Shown piece by piece: positions 10,256 to 18,290 of a stretch of DNA of 44,533 nt (within the stretch, counting starts at the first letter, position 1; each line of letters starts with the position of its first letter). Below the pieces are notes generated by a model. It was given only the letters and a program-made list of their open reading frames with translations. It did no database searches and was not told where the DNA came from. This DNA is from Candidatus Geohabitans tengchongensis (GTDB taxonomy: Bacteria > Sysuimicrobiota > Sysuimicrobiia > Sysuimicrobiales > Humicultoraceae). The position numbers were made by a program, and so were the translations under genes. Location: positions 1-44,533 of the forward strand of contig JAVKIH010000020.1 of assembly GCA_031459625.1 (NCBI GenBank). Direction: 5' to 3'.

Positions 10256-11524
10256 ATGGCCGACCTCATCGACGACCGCGAGGTGGACGTCGCGGTCATC
10301 GGCGCCGGCATCGTCGGCCTGGCCACCGCCGACGCCCTGCTGCAGCACCTCCCCGCCCTGCGCCTGGTGGTGCTGGAGCGGGAAGGGCGCGTCGGCGCCC
10401 ACCAGACCGGCCACAACAGCGGCGTGGTCCACTCGGGGTTCTACTACCGGCCGGGGTCGGCCAAGGCGCGGCTGTGCGTGGAGGGCGGCCGGCTGCTGGC
10501 CGCGTTCTGCGAGCAGCACGGGATCCCCCTGGAGCGGTGCGGGAAGGTGGTCGTCGCCGCCACGCCGGAGGAGGTCCCGCGGCTGGAGGTCCTCTACGAG
10601 CGGGGGCGGGCCAACGGTGTGCCCGGGCTCGAGCGCATCGGCCCCGAGCGCCTGCGCGAGCTCGAACCGCACGCGACCGGGGTGGCGGCGCTCTGGTCGC
10701 CCGGGACGGCCATCGTGGACTTCGGGGCGGTGGCCCGGGCGCTGGCCGAGCGGGTGAGCCGGGCGGGCGGCCAGGTCGCGTTGGGCGCGCGGGTCGTGGG
10801 CTTCGCCCGCCGGGAGGGACGCTGGCTCGTCCACACGGAGCGGGGGACGGTGCGGGCGCGGGTGGTGGTGAACTGTGGGGGCGTCTACGCCGACCGCCTC
10901 GCCCGCCTGGCCGGCGGGCGTCCGGACGTGCAGATCGTCCCCTTCCGCGGCGAGTACTACCGCCTGCGCCCGGCGTGGCGGCACCTGGTCCGCGGGCTCA
11001 TCTACCCGGTCCCCGACCCCGCCTTCCCCTTCCTCGGGGTGCACCTGACCCGCACGGTCCACGGCGAGGTGGAGGCCGGCCCCAACGCCGTCCTGGCCTT
11101 CGCCCGGGACGGCTACCGCCCGACCGATGTGCGCCTGCGCGACCTGACCGAGTTGCTGCGCTACCGGGGGTGGTGGCGGATGGTGCGCCGCTCCTGGCGC
11201 GCCGGCGGGATGGAGCTGGCCCGCTCGCTCAGCCGCCGGGCCTTCGTGCGCAGCGTGCAGCGCCTGGTGCCGGCGGTGACGCCGGCGGCGGTGGAGCGCC
11301 ATGGTGCGGGGGTGCGGGCGCAGGCGGTGGCCCCGGACGGCACGTTGGTGGACGACTTCCGGATCGTGGAGGCGCCGGGCGCCGTCCACGTCCTGAACGC
11401 CCCCTCACCAGCGGCCACCGCCTCGCTGGCCATCGGCCGGCACATCGCCGGCCTGGCCGCGGTGCACCTCGAGGGGCCTCGGGCCGCCGTGCGCGGGGTG
11501 CCCGCCCCTCACATCGGCCCGTAG
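10256..11524 (+). CDS. lhgO: L-2-hydroxyglutarate oxidase (FAD-dependent)
   Basis: IGAGIVG Rossmann motif, HQTGHNSGVVHSG, PFRGEYY, IYPVPDP-FPFLGVH, AGVRAQA, NAPSPAATASL. Confidence 0.9.
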   Translation: MADLIDDREVDVAVIGAGIVGLATADALLQHLPALRLVVLEREGRVGAHQTGHNSGVVHSGFYYRPGSAKARLCVEGGRLLAAFCEQHGIPLERCGKVVVAATPEEVPRLEVLYERGRANGVPGLERIGPERLRELEPHATGVAALWSPGTAIVDFGAVARALAERVSRAGGQVALGARVVGFARREGRWLVHTERGTVRARVVVNCGGVYADRLARLAGGRPDVQIVPFRGEYYRLRPAWRHLVRGLIYPVPDPAFPFLGVHLTRTVHGEVEAGPNAVLAFARDGYRPTDVRLRDLTELLRYRGWWRMVRRSWRAGGMELARSLSRRAFVRSVQRLVPAVTPAAVERHGAGVRAQAVAPDGTLVDDFRIVEAPGAVHVLNAPSPAATASLAIGRHIAGLAAVHLEGPRAAVRGVPAPHIGP

Positions 11525-12516
11525 GGGCCGGCGAGCTCCTCGAAGTCCTCCTCCACGGGCTGCTCCTCCAGCAGGGTGAGCGGCCGGAAGACCGCGCGCG
11601 CCTTGCCCTGGGCCTTCGCCTCGCGTAGCGCGCGGTCGGCCTGCTCCAGGAGGGCGCTCGTGGGCGCATCGCCGTGCTCCGCCGGGACGTAAGTGGAGAC
11701 GCCGATGCTGATGGAGACGCGGATGGTGGCCTCGCTGGTGTGCACCGTCTCCTCGGCGACGGTCCGCCGCAGCCACTCGGCCAGCTCCATGGCGTTCTCC
11801 GTGCTGGCCCCCGGGAGGAGCCAGACGAACTCCTCGCCCCCGTACCGGGCGACCAGGTCCACCGCCCGCCGCCGGCCGGCCAGCACGCGGCCGATCCGCC
11901 GCAGCACCTCGTCCCCCGACTGGTGCCCGTAGCGGGCGTTGATCTGCTTGAAGTCGTCGATGTCGAAGAGCAGGACGGAGAGCGGCTGGCCGCTCCGCCG
12001 CGCCCGCTCCATCTCCAGGAAGACCTGCTCGTCAAACGTCCGGCGGTTGGGCAGGGCGGTGAGGGGGTCGCTGCTGGCCAGCTGCTCCAGGAGGCGGTTC
12101 TTCTCCCGCAGCTCGTCCTGCAGCGCTTTGACCCGCAGCGCCGCCCGCACCCGCGCCAGCAGCTCGGCGGTGTTGAAAGGCTTGGTGACGTAGTCGTGGC
12201 CTCCGAGCTCCAACCCCTGGATGCGGCTGTCGACCTCGTCCCGGGCGGTCATGAAGATCACGGGGATCTCCCGGGTGACGGGGTCGGCCTTCAGCTCCCC
12301 GATCACCGTGAAGCCGTCCACGTCCGGCATCATCACGTCGAGCAGCACCAGGTCGGGCTCGTGGGTGCGCGCCAACGCCAGGGCCTCGGCCCCCCGCGGC
12401 GTCGTGACCACCGCCGCGCCCATCGATTCGAGGCGCAGGCGCAGCATGCTCAGGATGGAGGGCTCGTCGTCGACGACGAGGATGCGGGGCGTCTGGCCGT
12501 CCTTGGAGAGACTCAT
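11509..12516 (-). CDS. Response regulator diguanylate cyclase (REC-GGDEF, PleD/WspR-like)
   Basis: REC domain (VVDDE, DLVLLDVMMP, TKPF), DPLT, GGEEF active site with RAVD I-site; GGAGG RBS. Confidence 0.93.
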   Translation of the reverse strand: MSLSKDGQTPRILVVDDEPSILSMLRLRLESMGAAVVTTPRGAEALALARTHEPDLVLLDVMMPDVDGFTVIGELKADPVTREIPVIFMTARDEVDSRIQGLELGGHDYVTKPFNTAELLARVRAALRVKALQDELREKNRLLEQLASSDPLTALPNRRTFDEQVFLEMERARRSGQPLSVLLFDIDDFKQINARYGHQSGDEVLRRIGRVLAGRRRAVDLVARYGGEEFVWLLPGASTENAMELAEWLRRTVAEETVHTSEATIRVSISIGVSTYVPAEHGDAPTSALLEQADRALREAKAQGKARAVFRPLTLLEEQPVEEDFEELAGPYGPM

Positions 12517-12660
12517 GCCGGCACCTCCCCCCGCCGCGGGGTGGCTGCCGGTCGGGTCAGGCCTGTGGGGACGGCCATTGGGGCACATAGGAGACGTGCA
12601 CCCCGTCGCATGCCCCGGGAGTTCCCGCAGCCCGGTCCGCCGCCGGGGTCAGGCTGACCC

Positions 12661-15033
12661 ATGCCCCGACTGACCGCCTCCACCCTGCCGCTGGCCATCG
12701 GCTTCATTGAGATCCTGCTCGGGACCGCCATGCTCATCTCCGCCCCTGCGGCGTTCGCCGAGCCGGGGCGGCGGATCACCGTCGCGGGCACCGCCTACGT
12801 CTCGGCCGGCGTCATCGCCTGCATCCTGCACGTCCACGGCCCCGGCCTGGGACGCCGCGTCCGCCTGCTCGGGGGCCTGTTGGTGGCCGTGCCGCTGCTC
12901 GTCGGCGCCTGGAACGCCGGGCGGATGGGCGTTCCGGGCGGCGTCGTGGTCTTCGGCCTGCTGGCCCCGCTCTACGTGCTGGCCGGGTGGCAGGACGACC
13001 CCCGCGACCCGGAGCCGGTCGGCCTCGACGCGCTGGTCTGCGCCGTCCTGCTGATCGAGGCCGCGCTGGGGGCGCTCCTCCTGGCCGCCCCCGGCACCTT
13101 CCGCCATCCGCTCTATGCCCAGGTTCTGCGCATCCGCCCCCTGGTGGCGGGGGCGTTACTGACCGGCGCGGCGGCGCTGGCCCTGTCGCTGCGCCTGCGC
13201 CACGTGCTCCTCCGCCTGGCGGCCTACACCGCGGGGGCGGTCCCGCTGGTCGGGCTGGCCGTCCTCTTCGTCCGCGCCCTGGGATGGTGGCCGGGGTTCT
13301 TCGTCTACCCGATGCTGGCGGCCTTCCTGGTGGCGCACCCCTGGTTCCAGGAGGCGCTGGCCGACCGGGTGCGTGCGGCGGCGGCGCGGCCGAGCTCCGC
13401 CGCGGTCGAGCGCATCATCGAGGCGGTGGTGTGGGCCGCCATCCTGCTCGTCACGCTGGCCGGGAACATGGCCCAGGCGCCGGTGAACCGCGTCGGGCTG
13501 TACAGCCTGGCCTTCGCCGCCAGCCTCTTCACCCTGGTCTGGTTCCGGTTGCGCCCGGGGCCCAACCCGCGCTTGCGCACCCTCTACGGCAACGCGTTCT
13601 ACACCATCTTCGTGGCGCTGACGGCGCGTTTCACCGGCGGGCTCCATAGCCCGCTCTTCTTCCTCTACTATCTGCCCATCCTGGCCACGGCCTGGACCCT
13701 GGCCCCGCGCGACATCCGCGTGCCTGCCGGCATCGGGGTGGTCAGCATGGGCCTGGAGACAGCGCTGGCCGTGCGCGGCGGCGCCCCGCTGGGCGAGGTG
13801 GCCGGACTGGCCGTCTTCCGGGTGACGGGGCTGCTCTTCGTCGCGGTCTTCGCCTACCTCCTCTCCCGGCGGGCCGTCGAGCAGCGGGCGCTGCGGCGTC
13901 AGGAGCGGGAGCGCCTGGAGGCCATCCTCGGCAACATGGCCGAGGGCCTGGTGGTCCTCGACCAGGCGGGGCGGATCGCGCTGCTCAACCGCGGCGCCGA
14001 GCGCCTGGTCGAGGGGTCGGCCGCCACGGTCACCGGGATGCCTTTCCAGGAGGTCTTCCACCTCCAGCGGGAGAACGGCGGCCAGTTCCGGGACGCCGAC
14101 CACCCCGTCACCGCCGCCCTGCGGCGCGGCCAGGCCACCCGCCAGCGCGTCCTGGTGCGCCGGGCCGGCGGCGACCTCCTCCCCGTCTCCCTCACCGCCG
14201 CACCCTTCTACGACCCGGCGGGCGGCGCGCTCGGGGTGATCTGCACCCTGCAGGACGTGCGGGTCGAGGTGGAGATGGAGCGGATGCGCGAGGACTTCTT
14301 CTACATCGCCTCGCACGAGATCCGCACGCCGCTGACGGTCATCAAGGGGAACATCGAGCTGGCCCTGGACGGGTCGCTGGGGGCGCTCTCGGACGGGGTC
14401 CGCCGCGTCCTCGGGGAGGTGCACGAGGCGACGGTGCGCCTGATCCGGCTGGTGAACGACTTCCTCAACGCCGCCCGCCTGGAGCACGGGAAGATCACCC
14501 TGCACATCGAACGGAGCCACCTGCCGGAGGTCGTCGGGCAGGTCATCGAGACGCTGGCCCCCGATGCCCGGCGCAAGGGCCTGACGCTCACCTACCGGCT
14601 GCCCGAGGTGGGGACGCTCCCGGCGGTGCTGATGGACCCGGAGAAGGCCATCCAGGTCCTGCTGAACCTGGTGGGCAACGGGATCAAGTTCACTGAGCGG
14701 GGCGGGGTGGAGATCTGGCACGAGGTGCGCGACGGGCTGGTGGAGACCCACATCCGCGACACCGGCCCGGGGATCCCCGCCGACCAGCGCCACCGCCTCT
14801 TCGAGCGCTTCAGCCAGCTCGGCCGGGGGCTCACCCGGGACACCGGCGGCAGCGGCCTGGGGCTGTACATCTCCCTGAAGCTGGCCGAGCGGATGAACGG
14901 GACGGTCTACCTGCGCGCCAGCGAGCCGGGCGCCGGCAGCACCTTCGTCTTCGCCCTGCCGGTGGCGGCGGAGGAGGAGCGGCGCGCCTGGCCCCGCCCT
15001 CCGGCCGTCAGCGAACGAACAGGAACCAGATAA
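12661..15033 (+). CDS. Multi-TM PAS-domain sensor histidine kinase
   Basis: Hydrophobic N-terminal ~400 aa, PAS (MAEGLVVLD...LNRGAERL), H-box ASHEIRTPL, NGIKFT, DTGPGI, GSGLGL. Confidence 0.92.
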   Translation: MPRLTASTLPLAIGFIEILLGTAMLISAPAAFAEPGRRITVAGTAYVSAGVIACILHVHGPGLGRRVRLLGGLLVAVPLLVGAWNAGRMGVPGGVVVFGLLAPLYVLAGWQDDPRDPEPVGLDALVCAVLLIEAALGALLLAAPGTFRHPLYAQVLRIRPLVAGALLTGAAALALSLRLRHVLLRLAAYTAGAVPLVGLAVLFVRALGWWPGFFVYPMLAAFLVAHPWFQEALADRVRAAAARPSSAAVERIIEAVVWAAILLVTLAGNMAQAPVNRVGLYSLAFAASLFTLVWFRLRPGPNPRLRTLYGNAFYTIFVALTARFTGGLHSPLFFLYYLPILATAWTLAPRDIRVPAGIGVVSMGLETALAVRGGAPLGEVAGLAVFRVTGLLFVAVFAYLLSRRAVEQRALRRQERERLEAILGNMAEGLVVLDQAGRIALLNRGAERLVEGSAATVTGMPFQEVFHLQRENGGQFRDADHPVTAALRRGQATRQRVLVRRAGGDLLPVSLTAAPFYDPAGGALGVICTLQDVRVEVEMERMREDFFYIASHEIRTPLTVIKGNIELALDGSLGALSDGVRRVLGEVHEATVRLIRLVNDFLNAARLEHGKITLHIERSHLPEVVGQVIETLAPDARRKGLTLTYRLPEVGTLPAVLMDPEKAIQVLLNLVGNGIKFTERGGVEIWHEVRDGLVETHIRDTGPGIPADQRHRLFERFSQLGRGLTRDTGGSGLGLYISLKLAERMNGTVYLRASEPGAGSTFVFALPVAAEEERRAWPRPPAVSERTGTR

Positions 15034-15121
15034 CGGCGACTGCCAGCAGCACGAAGAGCCAGTCCATCGCCCACCTCCTCCACAGAGACCTTCCGCATCC
15101 TCCCGGCACTTCCTGGCGCCG

Positions 15122-15151
15122 TTGACGCTCTTTCTGGGCCTGGCCTACAAT
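15122..15151 (+). promoter_or_regulatory. Sigma70-type promoter of tRNA-Thr/tuf
   Basis: TTGACG (15122-15127), 18-nt spacer, TACAAT (15146-15151). Confidence 0.75.
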
Positions 15152-15164
15152 GGCCCCGAACCGG

Positions 15165-15240
15165 GCCCACGTAGCTCAGGCGGCAGAGCGTGTCCTTGGT
15201 AAGGACAAGGTCACCGGTTCGAGTCCGGTCGTGGGCTCCA
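15165..15240 (+). tRNA. tRNA-Thr(GGT)
   Basis: GCCCACG/CGTGGGC acceptor stem, TGTCC-TTGGTAA-GGACA anticodon arm, TTCGAGT, CCA. Confidence 0.97.
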
Positions 15241-15272
15241 CGACTGCGGGCGGTCGCGCCCGAGGCCACCGG

Positions 15273-15304
15273 GGGTTAGGGGACGCAGGTCCCTTAACCC
15301 TTTT
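15273..15304 (+). terminator. Intrinsic terminator-like hairpin between tRNA-Thr and tuf
   Basis: GGGTTAGGGGAC-GCAG-GTCCCTTAACCC 12-bp stem followed by TTTT. Confidence 0.6.
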
Positions 15305-15366
15305 CAGCGCTCGCCCGTCGGGCGGGCCCGGCCGGGGGGACCAGGGCCTCATACGGGAGGACGGGG

Positions 15367-16590
<1,224 letters not shown>

Positions 16591-16657
16591 GGCACCGCGC
16601 CTCCCCGGCCTGCGGTCCCGCCGTGGCGCGGTGAGCGTCTAGAGGGGATGGACGAGG

Positions 16658-16810
16658 ATGCCGAGGGATGTGATCACGCTGGCGTGTTCCGTGTGCAAGC
16701 GGCGGAACTACGTCACGACCAAGAACAAGAAGAATGATCCGGACCGCCTGGAGCTGAGAAAGTACTGCCGGTGGTGCCGGAAGCACACGCCGCACAAGGA
16801 GACCCGCTGA
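16658..16810 (+). CDS. rpmG: 50S ribosomal protein L33 (zinc-binding C+ type)
   Basis: Hand translation [50 protein letters not shown]; below the ORF-track size cutoff. Confidence 0.97.
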   Translation: MPRDVITLACSVCKRRNYVTTKNKKNDPDRLELRKYCRWCRKHTPHKETR

Positions 16811-16813
16811 GCG

Positions 16814-16843
16814 TTGTCAGCCGGTCGGGACGCGCCCTATACT
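16814..16843 (+). promoter_or_regulatory. Sigma70-type promoter of tRNA-Trp
   Basis: TTGTCA (16814-16819), 18-nt spacer, TATACT (16838-16843). Confidence 0.7.
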
Positions 16844-16858
16844 GAGGTCGTCGGCCGC

Positions 16859-16933
16859 AGGGGCGTTCGTTAATAGGCAAGCGGCCGGTCTCCAAAACCG
16901 GTGCTGGGGGTTCGAGTCCCTCCGCCCCTGCCA
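16859..16933 (+). tRNA. tRNA-Trp(CCA)
   Basis: AGGGGCG/CGCCCCT acceptor stem, CCGGT-CTCCAAA-ACCGG anticodon arm, TTCGAGT, G73, CCA; canonical position after rpmG. Confidence 0.95.
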
Positions 16934-16939
16934 GGGATC

Positions 16940-16976
16940 GCTGCCGGAGGCGTAGCCTCCGGCAGCTTGTTTTGTT
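16940..16976 (+). terminator. Intrinsic terminator after tRNA-Trp
   Basis: GCTGCCGGAGG / CCTCCGGCAGC stem followed by TTGTTTTGTT. Confidence 0.8.
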
Positions 16977-16978
16977 CC

Positions 16979-17713
16979 TCAACGCAGGAGTCCCAGTTCC
17001 TCCAGCCGGACGCGCATGGCGGCGGGCGTCACCTGGAACTCCCGCGCCAGCTCCCCTACCGCCCGCCGCGCGGCCTCCTCACGCTCGGCCCGCCCGGACG
17101 GCACCGCCAGCAGGGCCTGGTACCGCCGGAACCGCTGGCGGACCTCTCCGGCCGGCATCAGCAGCTCGGCGGCAAAGGCCCGGGCCTCCCGCTCCTCCCG
17201 CGCCCGTTCCGCTTCGAGGAGGCGGTCCGGGGCGCCCGGGGCCGGGCTGGCCGCCAGCGCGGTGTGGCCGAGCACGGCGTGGGCCAGCTCCTCCGCGATG
17301 ACCCACCGGCGCTCGCCTACTGAGGTGAACGGGTAGTCCCGGTTCAGCAGCAGACGCACGCCGCCCTCCGTCCGGGCCACGCCGCCCCGCTCCCCCGCCG
17401 GCCGCCGCACCCACTCCACAGGGTGGGCCAGGAGGGCGGCCACCTGCTCCACGTCGACGGGCACACCCAGCCCGAACGCCGAGCGCACCTCCCGCGCTGT
17501 CCGCACCGCCGGCCGGTCGGCGGCCGCGGCCGGGGCCTCCACGGACCGGCGGCCGATCTCGCGGATCACCTCGGCCTGCTCAGGCGTGAAGGGGCGCCCG
17601 CCCGTCTCGAGCTGGAGGGTGCCGCAGGCGGGGCAGGTCCAGGCGACGGGGTCCTCGCAGGGGCTGGCGAACTCCGGCCCCATCTCCTCCCCGCACACGG
17701 GACACCAGCGCAC
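16979..17713 (-). CDS. Zn-ribbon + ImmA/IrrE (DUF955/peptidase M78)-like protein with an EExxH variant motif
   Basis: GTG start with GGAGGAGG RBS; CPVC...CPAC; PVDVEQVA; RRWVIAEELAH; EREARAFAAELLMP; LAREFQVTPAAMRVRL. Confidence 0.82.
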   Translation of the reverse strand: MRWCPVCGEEMGPEFASPCEDPVAWTCPACGTLQLETGGRPFTPEQAEVIREIGRRSVEAPAAAADRPAVRTAREVRSAFGLGVPVDVEQVAALLAHPVEWVRRPAGERGGVARTEGGVRLLLNRDYPFTSVGERRWVIAEELAHAVLGHTALAASPAPGAPDRLLEAERAREEREARAFAAELLMPAGEVRQRFRRYQALLAVPSGRAEREEAARRAVGELAREFQVTPAAMRVRLEELGLLR

Positions 17714-17980
17714 GTCTCCGCCTCCTCCGCTCCTGGCCCCAAATGGTCGTCTGATAGCGGCAGTGTACCGCGGATCCCCCCGGGTCTGCACGGCGGGTAC
17801 GTCGCCGACGTCGCGTCGCCGGGAGGGCCGAGCAGCGTGCCGTGGGGCGTAATCCCGCCCGCCGGGAACGGGCGCATCAGGAGCGCCGGGCCCAGCGGGT
17901 GGGGGGTATAGCCAGGGCCGAGCCGGATGCACGCGGGCTGGTGGGCCGGGATCCGCCCCGGCATAGGAGTTGCCCGACTT

Positions 17981-18200
17981 TCGGCGTATCTCACCCTCCA
18001 CAAGCGCCCGGCAGATTGCGGGTCCAGCCCGTCGTGGGAGGGTCGGTCCGTTGAGCGCACACTGCCCCGCCGGTGACGCCGCGGTCCCGGCAGCGTTCAG
18101 GCCGTCGGCCAGGGCCGGGGGCGGATCGTCGCGCTCACCGGTGAGCCCGGCATCGGCCCGTCGCGCCTTGTGGCGGAGCTGCAGGGTGAGACTCCGCGGC
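17981..18200 (+). pseudogene. Relic fragment of a cyclase-associated AAA ATPase gene
   Basis: One frame reads SAYLTLHKRPADCGSSPSWEGRSVERTLPRR*RRGPGSVQAVGQGRGRIVALTGEPGIGPSRLVAELQ; degenerate Walker A (K to P) and an internal TGA at 18074. Confidence 0.6.
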
Positions 18201-18290
18201 TGCGCCTCTGTCCGGGGATGGTGGTCCACGCCCCCCCCAGTCGGCTCCTCTCGCCGACGTCGTCGTGGAACGGGAGCGTCAGGAGTAGGC

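Noticed and set aside
6652..10416. 1254-aa ORF as one giant HD-GYP protein
   Set aside because: The part upstream of 8076 is an Arg/Gly/Pro-rich off-frame read of the HEAT gene. The real start is the ATG at 8076, with an RBS and ATGA coupling.
11509..11524. 16-nt convergent overlap of lhgO and the diguanylate cyclase as a regulatory feature
   Set aside because: Short tail-to-tail overlaps are common in compact high-GC genomes, and nothing else supports a function.
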